This document shows positions 9,808 through 20,373 of a stretch of DNA of 64,000 nucleotides, one piece after another; the stretch's first letter is position 1, and every line of letters starts with the position of its first letter. Position numbers and translations under genes: made by a program. The DNA is taken from positions 32,001 to 96,000 of the forward strand of contig CAWJQU010000003.1 of NCBI GenBank assembly GCA_963845145.1, given 5' to 3'. Source of the DNA: an uncultured delta proteobacterium. Its GTDB lineage: Bacteria; Desulfobacterota; Desulfobacteria; Desulfobacterales; QNYZ01. The notes beneath the pieces were generated by a model. That model was not told where the DNA came from. It ran no database searches and worked only from the letters and a program-made list of their open reading frames with translations.

Positions 9808-11151
9808 ATGACCATATTAGCACAAAAACGATTAGGCCTGATATTCATCATCTTAACTTTGGGCTTTGCAGCCATGGTCCATGGCGAATCGGATTTAACC
9901 CAGCAAGGCATCGCGTTTTTGCAAGGACAACGTTTTAAAGAAGCCATTCGTATCTTTTCAAAAATCATCAAGACGGACCCGAATAACGCTAAGGCGATCT
10001 ATTACCGCGGTATGGCACGATACTATCTGAATGACATTGACGCAGCTATTTCCGACTATACCCGCGCTATAGGCAAAGATCCCAAAATCACCGAAGTACT
10101 CACCAGCCGCGGCGTGGCATACTTCCGAAAGGGCGATTATAAACGGGCAAAAGAGGACCTGGATAACGCCCTCAAAAAGACCCCCGACGAGCCCAACGCC
10201 ATTAACCAAATGGCCTGGATGCTGGCTGTATGCCCGGATGCCCGCTATCGAGACGGAGAAAAAGCGATGGTGTTAGCGGAAAAAGCGGTCAAGATAAAAA
10301 CGACACCCAACTACCTGGACACCCTTGCCGCAGTACACGCTGAAAACGGGCGTTACAAAAAAGCCGCCGAAATTCAACGCAAAGTTATCGCGATGTTTAC
10401 CCAGGAAGAGCGGTTTAATCGGCTGGACGATTATCTTCAACGGTTGAAAACGTATCAATCCGGGAAACCATGGCGAACGGGTACGGGGGACATGGCGGCC
10501 GCTGAGACAAAGGTAGCCGAACCTGATTTTGTTAAAAAAGGAACCGAGAAAACCGAAAAAATTCGTAAATCAGAACCGAAAACATCGGAAAAACCAGCCA
10601 ACGCAGTGGCAGCCTCACCTGTGAAAACAACACCGCAGGTTAAAAAACCCATCGGTGATGCTCTGCCCACGCCGGCGGTAACCTCTAAGCCCGGGAAATA
10701 TCCCTACACCATTTTTATCTCAACCTATCAAGATCCGAAAATTTCTAAAGCCAAAGTTTTCAAGCTACGCCAAAACCGCGACCCGGCTTATGTTTCCCAT
10801 GCTTACTTTAAAGACTCCGGACACTGGTACCAGATCTATTTCGGCTGGTTTCAAAGCATCGATGAGGCCAAAAAAGCGGCTGAAAATCTCACCCAAAGGC
10901 ATTTCAAGAAAGCGATCGTTGTGAAAAAGCCCTATGCGGTTCAAGCCGGTAAGTCTCCGTCCAAACCGGCCTTAAAAAAGATGGCGTCGCGTTTGGCGGA
11001 TTTAAATTATCCAGCCTACCAAATAGCAGATCCGGTTAACCCCGACATCATTAGAATACTCGTCGGAGCCTATTCCACAGAGACTGTCCCGGATAAACTG
11101 ATAAACACCCTTAAGACAGCCGGGTTCGACCCCAAGGTTGTTCGCCGATAA
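9808..11151 (+). CDS. exported TPR + SPOR domain protein
   Basis: Signal peptide, N-terminal TPR helices, Lys/Pro-rich linker, two C-terminal SPOR-like modules (WYQIYFGWFQS..EAKK; IRILVGAY). Confidence 0.8.
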   Translation: MTILAQKRLGLIFIILTLGFAAMVHGESDLTQQGIAFLQGQRFKEAIRIFSKIIKTDPNNAKAIYYRGMARYYLNDIDAAISDYTRAIGKDPKITEVLTSRGVAYFRKGDYKRAKEDLDNALKKTPDEPNAINQMAWMLAVCPDARYRDGEKAMVLAEKAVKIKTTPNYLDTLAAVHAENGRYKKAAEIQRKVIAMFTQEERFNRLDDYLQRLKTYQSGKPWRTGTGDMAAAETKVAEPDFVKKGTEKTEKIRKSEPKTSEKPANAVAASPVKTTPQVKKPIGDALPTPAVTSKPGKYPYTIFISTYQDPKISKAKVFKLRQNRDPAYVSHAYFKDSGHWYQIYFGWFQSIDEAKKAAENLTQRHFKKAIVVKKPYAVQAGKSPSKPALKKMASRLADLNYPAYQIADPVNPDIIRILVGAYSTETVPDKLINTLKTAGFDPKVVRR

Positions 11152-11237
11152 CTGATTTTCCTGAACAGGATAAAATGATTGAAAAATGAACGTGAAAATC
11201 TGATGGAATAGCCCCATCAACAAGGAAACAATCAAAT

Positions 11238-11849
11238 ATGTACGAAAAGAAGGATCGCTTAAACCTTTTTAAATCATTATCCGTACCGATCATGGTCGTC
11301 GATGCAGATTGTCGGATTCTTGATGCAAACCTGGCGGCCGCGGCGTGGACCAGTCTGCCTAACAACCGGATCATCGGTCGAACGTGCTACCAACTGACTA
11401 CCGGTAACACGCAACCCTGCTGGGAAAATGACGAAGTAAATTGTCCGATTAAGCTGGCGCTTGAAAGTATGAAACCGGCCCGTCTCATCCATCAGAAAAA
11501 ATTTGGCGGCCGCTCGATTATCGAAGAAGTGGTGGCAACCCCCATTTTTAGTGATAAAAATGAAATTGATTATCTGATTTTGGAATTAAATGACATTTCC
11601 GAACTACTCAATACGAAAGAAGTCATTACGTACTTGAAAAATGAAATAAACACCCTGCGCCAGATTATTCCGATTTGTGCATCATGCAAGAAAATCCGTG
11701 ACGATGACGGTTTTTGGCAAAATGTCGAAAATTATTTCAGCACGCGTATCGATGTTCAATTCTCACACTCCATGTGCCCGGAGTGCGTGAAAGCCAACCA
11801 TCCGGAAGTTTGTAACATTAACCCGATACTTTGCAGTAGTGATGAATGA
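11238..11849 (+). CDS. PAS-domain protein with C-terminal Cys-rich (CxxC...CxxC) module
   Basis: PAS 'IMVVDADCRILDAN...IIGRTCY'; C-terminal IPICASCKKIRDD..W..FSHSMCPEC. Confidence 0.8.
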   Translation: MYEKKDRLNLFKSLSVPIMVVDADCRILDANLAAAAWTSLPNNRIIGRTCYQLTTGNTQPCWENDEVNCPIKLALESMKPARLIHQKKFGGRSIIEEVVATPIFSDKNEIDYLILELNDISELLNTKEVITYLKNEINTLRQIIPICASCKKIRDDDGFWQNVENYFSTRIDVQFSHSMCPECVKANHPEVCNINPILCSSDE

Positions 11850-11931
11850 CCCATTTTCAACGAAACAAATTAATAACCATAAATCGAATGCGTTTTAATC
11901 ATCGTCGTATCTATAAAGTGACTTTATCCTT

Positions 11932-12822
11932 ATGACGGCATCCTCCAGAGTTTATTTGATCCTTTGCAGTATTTTTATCCTTTTGTTTTATCGACCGGTG
12001 TTGGCTGATGATACGAAACCGATAAATACAGTGGTTCGAACAAAACCTCTTTGGGAACTCCATCTATTCAATAGCGTGGCACGGTTACCACTATACCGGG
12101 GGTCTGACGAACATAAAACCTATTTTTTGCCCCTACCCTATTTAATTTACCGTGGGAAAATTTTCCAGGCGGACCGCGAAGGTTTGAGAGGGATTTTCTA
12201 TCGATCCGAATATTTGGAAACGACCTTTTCTTTTTACGGTAACCCGCCAGCGGATGATGACGACACAGCCAGAGAGGGCATTGGTGATTTGGATGCGATT
12301 GTTGAAGCCGGCCCGGCTCTGAAATGGTTTTTTTTAGGTCGGCATCCTCGTAAGTATTTATATATCGCCCCGGCTTTGCGCTGGACAGCTTCGGTCGGCA
12401 TACCGGATAATTTGAAAACCCGCCATCGTGGATATCGCTTTTTAGCTAGCTTGATCTATCATTACGAACCGACCTGGCAGAACAATCGCTGGCAATTCGA
12501 TACCAATTTGGAAATTAATTTTGCCGATCAACGCTACCACGGTTACTTTTATGATGTGCCTCCTGAACATGCCCATCCCAACCGACCGGCTTATGAGGCA
12601 GGGGGTGGGTTTGGCGGCATCATGCTGTCCGGCAGTGTGAGCCATCGATTCAACGATAAATTCTCACTGGTGGTCTATGGCCGTTGGGAGACATTGGCAG
12701 GAGCTGTCTATCAAGACAGCCCACTGGTTGAAACAGATAATAATTTTATTGGTGCTGCAGCGTTAAACTGGCAACTGTATTCAAGTAAAAAGCGGGTGGA
12801 TGCCCGTTATCAAGAAAAATAG
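11932..12822 (+). CDS. MipA/OmpV family outer membrane protein
   Basis: 'PLWE..LPLYRGSDE..PLPYLIYRG', 'YHGYFYDV' and 'DSPLV' motifs. Confidence 0.85.
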   Translation: MTASSRVYLILCSIFILLFYRPVLADDTKPINTVVRTKPLWELHLFNSVARLPLYRGSDEHKTYFLPLPYLIYRGKIFQADREGLRGIFYRSEYLETTFSFYGNPPADDDDTAREGIGDLDAIVEAGPALKWFFLGRHPRKYLYIAPALRWTASVGIPDNLKTRHRGYRFLASLIYHYEPTWQNNRWQFDTNLEINFADQRYHGYFYDVPPEHAHPNRPAYEAGGGFGGIMLSGSVSHRFNDKFSLVVYGRWETLAGAVYQDSPLVETDNNFIGAAALNWQLYSSKKRVDARYQEK

Positions 12823-12859
12823 GCACGCAATTTGACAAGGTTGGGTAGATGTGCAGTTG

Positions 12860-13609
12860 TCAGGTCATGCCGCCATTGACCGAAATCACCTGGCCTGTAA
12901 TATAAGACGCATCCTCTGAGCAGAGGAACCGTACAACCTTGGCCACTTCCTCCGGCCGCCCTACCCGTTCCATGGGAATCATGCTTTTTAGCCCTTCTAT
13001 GGGTATATCTTTGGTCATATCCGTATCGATCAAGCCCGGTGCGACGACGTTAACACGAATACCCATTCGTGCCACTTCGGCCGCCAGGGAGCGACTGGCA
13101 CCGATCAATCCGGCTTTGGCCGCCGAGTAATTGGTCTGCCCCCGATTACCTATCAGGCCGGCCACAGATGAGATGGAAATTACCGATCCTTTTTTACTGC
13201 GGGCCATTTTTCTCAGTACGGGTTTCGTCATATTATAAAATCCGGCCAGGGTCGTGTCGACGACCTGATGCCAGTTATCCGTGGACATCATCATAAACAG
13301 ACCATCTTTGGTGATACCGGCATTGTTCACCAGCACATCGACGGTTTTGTATCTTGAGAACAGGTCATCCAGGGCAGCCTTGGTTTCTTTGGCATCGGTT
13401 ACATCATAGGCTTGCGCTTCTCCCTGCCCCCCATTTTTTTCAATCAGCTTGACGGTTTCAGTTGCAGCCGCATGGCTCGATCGATAATTAACGGCGACAT
13501 AATACCCGCACCGGGAAAGCTCTAACGCTATAGCCCGGCCGATGCCTTTTCCAGCGCCAGTGACAATCGCCACCCGTGTATTACTAGAAGTATCACCAGA
13601 TTCACCCAT
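12860..13609 (-). CDS. fabG: 3-oxoacyl-ACP reductase (SDR)
   Basis: [30 protein letters not shown]. Confidence 0.9.
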   Translation of the reverse strand: MGESGDTSSNTRVAIVTGAGKGIGRAIALELSRCGYYVAVNYRSSHAAATETVKLIEKNGGQGEAQAYDVTDAKETKAALDDLFSRYKTVDVLVNNAGITKDGLFMMMSTDNWHQVVDTTLAGFYNMTKPVLRKMARSKKGSVISISSVAGLIGNRGQTNYSAAKAGLIGASRSLAAEVARMGIRVNVVAPGLIDTDMTKDIPIEGLKSMIPMERVGRPEEVAKVVRFLCSEDASYITGQVISVNGGMT

Positions 13610-13842
13610 CCGTATCTCTCCTTATAGCCCTTAACGATGTAAAGGGGCAATTTCCTCTAAATAGGGTTTCGCTGACCACTCGCGATCCCATATCGAAAAT
13701 AACGCGTCGCGCTTGATATTAAAATGATTGAAAATCTCCTTTAAAACGCGTATCAATACGGCACCCATAAAGTTTCATGACCATATAAAACGTTTGTTTT
13801 ATTCGCACGTTGATACCCTAAATAACAGGCTTTTGTAAAGAG

Positions 13843-14430
13843 ATGAATCTGGTCCTACTATTTATAGGCGCGTATTTGATCGGCTCGGTAAACGTGCCCA
13901 TTGGCTTGTTTCGCCTCCTGGGCCGTGAAGACCCGCGCACCCATTTCAGCGGCAATCCCGGCATGACCAATGTGTACCGCCAGGCAGGCATGGGGTGGGC
14001 ATTAGTGGTCCTGCTTTTAGAAACGGGAAAAGCGATGGTACTTGCCTTCGCCTCCCTGCACTTGCTACCGGCCAGGATGATCCCATGGACCGGCTTCGGC
14101 TTGATAATCGGAAATCTATACCCCTGTTTTCACCATTTTAAGGGCGGCAAAGGGGTGGCCAATTATCTTGGTTTCGCGATTCCGATTGTACCACTTGCTG
14201 CTGTCATCGCAATGCTCACTTGGCCTATCACTTATTTGATCACCCGCAAACCGTTTATCGGGTCCTTTATTATGGTCGCCGTGATTGCGACTGGAATCAT
14301 CATCTACTGCGGCCCAACACCCCTTGCCCTTGCCGGAACAGCGGCGACAGCCGCAATCATTTACTATGCCCATCGACAAAATGTGATAGAATTTTTTGCC
14401 GAAAAGGGGCTCTTTTTGAAAAAGAAATAA
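13843..14430 (+). CDS. plsY: glycerol-3-phosphate acyltransferase PlsY family
   Basis: YLIGS, SGNPGMTNVYR, FKGGKGVA and terminal HRQN motifs. Confidence 0.85.
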   Translation: MNLVLLFIGAYLIGSVNVPIGLFRLLGREDPRTHFSGNPGMTNVYRQAGMGWALVVLLLETGKAMVLAFASLHLLPARMIPWTGFGLIIGNLYPCFHHFKGGKGVANYLGFAIPIVPLAAVIAMLTWPITYLITRKPFIGSFIMVAVIATGIIIYCGPTPLALAGTAATAAIIYYAHRQNVIEFFAEKGLFLKKK

Positions 14431-14640
14431 CGACTCCCCCCGCAACCGGATTCATTCAGGAGGGCCATCTTTAGATCCCTAAAGGTTACAAGGCTTACGC
14501 TTCAATCTTTTTCAGAACGTCATATAAAATCTCCAGGGCGGCATGGCCTGCTTGAAAAGGTCCTCGCGAATCCAGTCGACACGATAGACATCACACTCGG
14601 GAACCTTCAAATGGTATGGACAACGGTAACAATAGGTGGG

Positions 14641-15090
14641 TTAACCTCGAAATTTTAAAGCGGTACCGTAAGCGATAGCCTCAACGCATCCGACCCCCTT
14701 TTTATTGGCCCGACGCCCAATGGATGTTGTCTCAATGCGGACATTCACGATAATTCGGGCATCCGAGGCCGCTTCCCGCATTCGCAGCAGTGCTTCCCGA
14801 CGCGCCCGATCCAGCAGGCTTTCGTAGGATTTTACGGTACCACCGAAGATATTCCTTAGGCTGGCCAAAAGCCGTTTGAAATAATCGACGGAAATCACGG
14901 CACTCCCGCTCACCATTGTAGCAGATTCGATCTGGCCATCAGGAATTGCAGTCTTCTCTAAAGTAACAATGGGTTGCCCGAGGTGATCGGCTTCACGTTG
15001 TTCAATGGACCGAAAATGCCGTTTTTCGGCCAGTGTACCCATTGAATATCCCAGGACAACCAGTGTAATAAAAATAATGAGATCAATCAT
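14641..15090 (-). CDS. YbjQ/UPF0145 family protein with N-terminal TM helix
   Basis: 'LRNIFGG..SYESLLDRARREALLRM...AYGTA'. Confidence 0.85.
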   Translation of the reverse strand: MIDLIIFITLVVLGYSMGTLAEKRHFRSIEQREADHLGQPIVTLEKTAIPDGQIESATMVSGSAVISVDYFKRLLASLRNIFGGTVKSYESLLDRARREALLRMREAASDARIIVNVRIETTSIGRRANKKGVGCVEAIAYGTALKFRG

Positions 15091-15104
15091 ATGCCGTCTC
15101 CTAT

Positions 15105-15419
15105 TCAGGCCACCCGTACCGCAGTCCCATACACATACAGTTCAGCGGCCCCCTGGGTGATGGATGACGTTGAAAAACGGACATTGACGATGGCATTGGC
15201 ACCAAGCTGCTCAGCATTAGAAATCATGCGAGCCGTCGCCTGATCCCGGGATTCTTGTAACAATTTGGTGTAACCTTTCAGTTCTCCGCCAACAATATTT
15301 TTTAAACTGGCCATGATATCCCGGCCAATATGTTTGGCCCGAATGGTATTGCCGGACACCATGCCAAAATGCTCGGTGATGGTTTTTCCCGGAACGGTTT
15401 CAATGTTGGTTATGATCAT
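15105..15419 (-). CDS. YbjQ/UPF0145 family protein
   Basis: 'GRDIMASLKNIVGGELKGYT...GANAIVNVRF...YGTAV'. Confidence 0.92.
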   Translation of the reverse strand: MIITNIETVPGKTITEHFGMVSGNTIRAKHIGRDIMASLKNIVGGELKGYTKLLQESRDQATARMISNAEQLGANAIVNVRFSTSSITQGAAELYVYGTAVRVA

Positions 15420-15459
15420 CTAATTCTCCTTTCGCTCGTAGTGAGGGCAAATAGTCTGG

Positions 15460-17001
15460 TCATGGCATCTTTTGCAAAAACGAACTCCGCGTCATTCCCG
15501 CCCCAACCGAATCATACAAAATAGTCTTGGCGCGCTTTAACTGATCCAGGTTCTGATTGATAGGAATTCCCTGAACAGTATCCGCTTTTAACACATCCCG
15601 ATGAAGGTCGTACGGCAGTCGCGGCATGCAGACGACCGAACAATTACCCCGGGTATGGACATTGATTAACATTTTATTGGCAATGAAAGCGACCACCTCA
15701 TTTTTCACATCACGAGAAAGTCCTTTGAACAACTGTTCCAGGGTTAAGGGGATCATGGCAAAGTTGGCCTGGTGTTCAATCAATAGGTCAATATCGCGAA
15801 TGGACAAATCATGATAGCCCAGCAGCTTTTTTAGGTGGTTACCAACCCCCCGGGTAGCATAAAGAAAAACGCCCTTGCCATCCATTTCACCATACACATC
15901 CCCATCGTCATCATCGAAAACCGCCTGTATAAAGGCCCCAAAGCACCCATGGGTGCTGGTAGTCGTATCGATAATCCCGTGCACCGGTGGTGTAAAAGTA
16001 AACCCGTGGCCTTTTTGCACGGTGACATAAACCTGATCATCAATCCCGGCGCAGGCCGACACCACGGTATTATACTTTCCAGATCGGACATAAGCTCGGG
16101 CAATCATTTCAACGAGGTCGGCATTTTGTGTCATGGACATAATATCAAAAGCGAAAGATTGGATTCTCTCATCATAAAATGCCAACGCATCCTTGAAACG
16201 ACCAAACACGCCTTTTTCAAACGCTTTCGGAAACCTCAGTTCGGCCAGGCGCTGCTGAACCCTTGCGGCAAAAGCGGGCACGCGAAGTTCGATTTTACCC
16301 AGTTGGTTGTCGACAATCAGCCCGTCAATGGGTCCATCACCGGTCAATTCAAAAATCGCCTGCGCCGTGGCCTCCACCGGATCAGCACCCAGCGAACGCT
16401 TGATCGGTTCACTGGCGCTATAGTGGCCGGTGAAGCTCAGGCCGGCATGGGTTTGAAAAGCGGTGGCCATTGCATCATCGCCAAATATTATGGTTGCCGT
16501 ATCCGTGGCCCGAAAAGCCTTGGCACGGTGAATATTTTCCGCACCGACAATAACGGAAAGATCGTCCGGCGCAAGGACACCGTCAATGGACAACATAAAC
16601 AACAATTCTGCCGCCACATTAAACCCCGGGCATCCAGCATAAAGATCCAGGGCTATCACATCGGGGGCATGTTCTTTAATAGCTTCCAGTGGAAACCGAA
16701 TCAGTGGGCCCGGATCGTATTTATCCTCGCCCACATTGGTGGCGCCGATCAACCACTTGATTCGCGACGGGTCTATATCGGATGTGTCGAGAAGGTTTTG
16801 AAGGGCGAGGACACCGATGCGCTCATCTTCGGGTGCGGCCATACGGGTCCGTACACCCATGCGTTCCTCTATCGTTCGGCTATTTACAGGGATATCGTTT
16901 TTGAAAGTCATCCCCGTGTTTTCATAACAGCTGTTGTCTACCAGCTTACCGCCGTTCCAGGCGCCCTGGGCCAAAATGGATAAGACTGCTTCAGTGGCCA
17001 A
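15460..17001 (-). CDS. atypical, elongated 3-oxoacyl-ACP synthase III (FabH-like thiolase fold)
   Basis: IEERMGVRTR, DLYAGCPGF (catalytic Cys), IFGDDA, MDGKGVF, HQAN and RGNCS. TTG start after GGAGG. Confidence 0.8.
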   Translation of the reverse strand: MATEAVLSILAQGAWNGGKLVDNSCYENTGMTFKNDIPVNSRTIEERMGVRTRMAAPEDERIGVLALQNLLDTSDIDPSRIKWLIGATNVGEDKYDPGPLIRFPLEAIKEHAPDVIALDLYAGCPGFNVAAELLFMLSIDGVLAPDDLSVIVGAENIHRAKAFRATDTATIIFGDDAMATAFQTHAGLSFTGHYSASEPIKRSLGADPVEATAQAIFELTGDGPIDGLIVDNQLGKIELRVPAFAARVQQRLAELRFPKAFEKGVFGRFKDALAFYDERIQSFAFDIMSMTQNADLVEMIARAYVRSGKYNTVVSACAGIDDQVYVTVQKGHGFTFTPPVHGIIDTTTSTHGCFGAFIQAVFDDDDGDVYGEMDGKGVFLYATRGVGNHLKKLLGYHDLSIRDIDLLIEHQANFAMIPLTLEQLFKGLSRDVKNEVVAFIANKMLINVHTRGNCSVVCMPRLPYDLHRDVLKADTVQGIPINQNLDQLKRAKTILYDSVGAGMTRSSFLQKMP

Positions 17002-17018
17002 AATGCAATCCTCCCTTT

Positions 17019-17058
17019 GTTTATCGTAGCCGGTTTATCGTGGCCGCCGGTTTATCGT
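17019..17058. repeat. three direct repeats of GTTTATCGT just upstream of the FabH-like gene RBS
   Basis: Copies at 17019-17027, 17033-17041 and 17050-17058. Confidence 0.75.
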
Positions 17059-17210
17059 TACCGATAGATAAAGCGCGAATCATTTGCCGGCCGTCACTTC
17101 AACTATTTCAGAATCGGCCGAAATTTGCACCATAGTTAAGGTCCCGCCGATCGTCAAGATGAAATAAGCAATCCTGAGTCCCAAACACTGATACTGTATT
17201 TAAAAAATCA

Positions 17211-17239
17211 TTTACAAAACAAGCCGGATTTAATATAAA
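17211..17239 (+). promoter_or_regulatory. sigma70-like promoter
   Basis: TTTACA-N17-TATAAA upstream of 17299. Confidence 0.5.
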
Positions 17240-17298
17240 ATTGAGCAGACTGAAATGGTTATATCTGTCAATCGATTCTTCAGCTCAAAGGGGTCATC

Positions 17299-18297
17299 AT
17301 GGGTAAAAACAGCCTGATCAAGTCAACAACAAAAAAAACACCAAAGGTCAAAAAAGAGACCGAAGCGAAAGTTAATAGCGAAGAAAAGATTGTTGCACCT
17401 CCATCGCCAAAGGCAACTTCGAAAGCAGACGCAGCATCAAAACCTGATTCAACAGTAAAACCGAAATCAACGCCAAAACCGGCCGCGGCGGACAAGCCTG
17501 AAAAAGTCGCGAAACCATCAGTGCCCAAACAAGCCGCCCAGCCACCCAAAACAACAAAGACCGAACCGAAAGAGGCCACCCCGCCTCCACCACCGGCTGC
17601 GGAAACACCGCGTGACCCGGAACCACCGGTCACCGTCACCTATGATACGCCATCCGGCCCGTCCACAGGTGAACCGATGGATAAAACGTTGATGATTCTG
17701 GCCGGTTGCGTTCTGTTTTTATTTCTATTGGTCATCGGCGCCAGCGCCTCCAACTCTGCACGGTATTATATTAACAAACTACCGGTAGGTATCGAAATTC
17801 TAAAGGGCCGGTTTGCCCCCTTGGGTGAAGATAAAATAATGGTTCTGCCCGATATCAATGCTCCGGAAGAAAAAAAATCGGTTTACAAGCGCGACGATGT
17901 ATATCCGTTGATTTTCAAGCACTACCTTCAAAAAGCCGACGCCTTGCTGGCTTCGCCGGGAATGCCTGATTATGAAAATATCAGGGCTCACCTGGCCAAA
18001 GCCCAGAACTTTGCCGTATCCAACGAACTGGCCGAGGCTGCTTCAAAACGGTTGACCGCCATCGATTTAAATAACCTGCTGTACCGCTCTGATGTGGCCT
18101 ATGACCAGGATACTGTGGAAGGGTTGGAAACCGCGCTGGATCATTTGGCCGAAGCGGCCCGTCTGGATATTGATCCTGATCAGCAGGAGAGAATCAATCT
18201 TCAAAAAGAGTCGATTCGCGAGCGGTTAAGGGAGTTAAAAGAAATTGAAGCCGCGTTGGAAGTGATGCCCAAAGAACCGGCGGTGCCCACCCATTAA
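17299..18297 (+). CDS. hypothetical bitopic membrane protein with Lys/Pro-rich disordered N-terminus
   Basis: About 125-aa low-complexity region, one TM helix (LMILAGCVLFLFLLVIGA), helical C-terminal domain. Confidence 0.75.
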   Translation: MGKNSLIKSTTKKTPKVKKETEAKVNSEEKIVAPPSPKATSKADAASKPDSTVKPKSTPKPAAADKPEKVAKPSVPKQAAQPPKTTKTEPKEATPPPPPAAETPRDPEPPVTVTYDTPSGPSTGEPMDKTLMILAGCVLFLFLLVIGASASNSARYYINKLPVGIEILKGRFAPLGEDKIMVLPDINAPEEKKSVYKRDDVYPLIFKHYLQKADALLASPGMPDYENIRAHLAKAQNFAVSNELAEAASKRLTAIDLNNLLYRSDVAYDQDTVEGLETALDHLAEAARLDIDPDQQERINLQKESIRERLRELKEIEAALEVMPKEPAVPTH

Positions 18298-18352
18298 ACA
18301 ACCGTTTGGCGAACAATCACATCGCCTGGGGTAACCGTTCCGGCTAAGAAGG

Positions 18353-19348
18353 TTATCCCAGGTCGATCTCGCCAGCCCGAATACATGCGACCAGATGCCC
18401 ATTCCCATCGCTTGCCGGTGCCGCCGTAAGTTCCGGGATTATCTTTTTACAATCATCAATCATATGGGGACACCGGGTGTGAAAGACGCACCCCGGTGGT
18501 GGATGCATGGGCGAGGGTACATCCCCGATTAAGATCTGCTTCTGCTTTTTTTTACCTGGGTCGGGTACCGGTATGGCGGATATTAATGCAGCCGTATACG
18601 GGTGGGCCGGCTGCATGTAAAGCGTCTCGGCATCGGCAAATTCAACAAACTTTCCCAGATACATAACGGCTATCCGATCCGATATATGTTTTACCACGGC
18701 CAGATCGTGGGCAATAAACAGGTAGGCCAAGCCCATCTCCTGCTGAAGATCGAGAAGCAAATTCAACACCTGGGACTGAATGGATACATCCAGGGCCGAT
18801 ACTGGCTCATCGCAAATCACCAGTTTCGGATTAAGCGCAATGGCTCGGGCAATACCAATACGCTGGCGTTGCCCACCGGAAAATTCATGGGGAAATCTCG
18901 ATAAGGCCCCGGCGGATATGCCCACCCGCTGAAGCAACTGTCGCACTTTTGCTTTTCGTTCGGCGGCATCGCCGATACCGTGTATAATAAAAGGTTCTTC
19001 TAAAATATTGCCGACAGTATGACGCGAATTCAGGGATTCAAACGGGTCCTGGAATATCATCTGCATATCTTTACGCAAATCGCGAAGCGCTTCCCGCTTC
19101 AACCCTGATAAATCCTTTCCATCAAAAACCACTTTTCCGGACGTCGGGGTGTACAGCCTCAGGATGGTTCGTCCAACAGTGGTCTTGCCGCATCCCGATT
19201 CCCCTACCAGCCCCACTGTTTCGCCTTCAGGAATAGCAAATGAGACATCATCCACCGCATACACCTTTCCTACCGGTCGCCGAAACACACCGCCTAAAAC
19301 AGGGAAGTGCATTTTTAGGTGTTGAACGTTGAGGAGAGATTCGGCCAT
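18353..19348 (-). CDS. oligopeptide/dipeptide ABC transporter ATP-binding protein (OppF/DppF-like)
   Basis: [25 protein letters not shown] and oligo_HPY tail. Confidence 0.95.
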   Translation of the reverse strand: MAESLLNVQHLKMHFPVLGGVFRRPVGKVYAVDDVSFAIPEGETVGLVGESGCGKTTVGRTILRLYTPTSGKVVFDGKDLSGLKREALRDLRKDMQMIFQDPFESLNSRHTVGNILEEPFIIHGIGDAAERKAKVRQLLQRVGISAGALSRFPHEFSGGQRQRIGIARAIALNPKLVICDEPVSALDVSIQSQVLNLLLDLQQEMGLAYLFIAHDLAVVKHISDRIAVMYLGKFVEFADAETLYMQPAHPYTAALISAIPVPDPGKKKQKQILIGDVPSPMHPPPGCVFHTRCPHMIDDCKKIIPELTAAPASDGNGHLVACIRAGEIDLG

Positions 19349-19367
19349 ATATTAAACGTTATCCAAA

Positions 19368-20366
19368 TTAGTAAAGGTAGCAGCTGGCCCAGTGTCTCCT
19401 GCCAACCGGGCGTAAAGGGGGTGGTTCGATACCACATCCTGCCATAGCATAGGGGCACCGATTCCCAAACCGACACCCGTCGGGCAATTCATACAGACTC
19501 GGCACCATCCCCCGAATCGTATTCAAACGGGTTTTGGGCGAATTATCAAGACGGGGGATCGCATCAAGCAACCCCAGGGTGTATGGATGTCGGGGATGAT
19601 TAAAAAGTTCCGCCACCGGTGCTTTTTCCGCGATCGTCCCCGCATACATGACCAACACCTCGTCACACACCTCGGCAATCACTCCCAAGGCGTGCGTAAT
19701 AAAGATAATCGCCATACCGGTACGTCGTTGCAGCGCCGACATCAATTCCAGGATCTGAGCTTGAATGGTCACATCCAGGGCGGTTGTCGGTTCGTCGGCG
19801 ATAAGAATATCCGGTTCGCCGGCCAGCGCCATGGCGATCATCACCCGCTGACGCATACCGCCCGAAATCTGATGGGGATACTCTGTAAGCCGCCGTTCCG
19901 GTTCGGAAATCCCCACTTCCTTTAACAGTTCGATCGATTTTTCCACGATCTGGGTTTCTCTCATCTCGGGAAAATGGAGCTTGAAGACTTCGCCCAATTG
20001 ACGCCCAATTGGATGGACCGGATTCAAAGCGGTCATCGGCTCCTGGAAAATCATCGAGATACCATACCCACGAATGGCGTGCATCTCGTCGGCGGGAAGG
20101 GTGGCGATATCCCGACCGCCAAACAATATTCTACCATTAGCGATTCGACCGTGCGGTTTGGGCAACAACCGCATGATCGATAAGGCCGTCACACTCTTAC
20201 CGCAGCCCGACTCCCCCACGATGCCCAAAGTCTTACCAGCCTCGACATCAAAACTCACGCCTTCAACGGCACGAATAACCCCCTCTTCGGTATTAAACGT
20301 CGTGATCAGATTATCTACTGTTAAAATGAGTTCCGGTTGCAAATAAATGGGCCCCTCAAGTGACAC
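19368..20366 (-). CDS. oligopeptide/dipeptide ABC transporter ATP-binding protein (OppD/DppD-like)
   Basis: GESGCGKS, ISGGMRQR, ADEPTTALD, HPYT. Confidence 0.95.
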   Translation of the reverse strand: MSLEGPIYLQPELILTVDNLITTFNTEEGVIRAVEGVSFDVEAGKTLGIVGESGCGKSVTALSIMRLLPKPHGRIANGRILFGGRDIATLPADEMHAIRGYGISMIFQEPMTALNPVHPIGRQLGEVFKLHFPEMRETQIVEKSIELLKEVGISEPERRLTEYPHQISGGMRQRVMIAMALAGEPDILIADEPTTALDVTIQAQILELMSALQRRTGMAIIFITHALGVIAEVCDEVLVMYAGTIAEKAPVAELFNHPRHPYTLGLLDAIPRLDNSPKTRLNTIRGMVPSLYELPDGCRFGNRCPYAMAGCGIEPPPLRPVGRRHWASCYLY

Positions 20367-20373
20367 TTATAAT

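Noticed and set aside
14495..14590. Short minus-strand frame ending ...GHAALEILYDVLKKIEA*
   Set aside because: No convincing start or RBS before an upstream stop; too short to support as a gene or remnant.
15835..16983. 382-aa ORF antisense to the FabH-like gene
   Set aside because: It is a shadow frame of a real gene, with no recognisable motifs or RBS.
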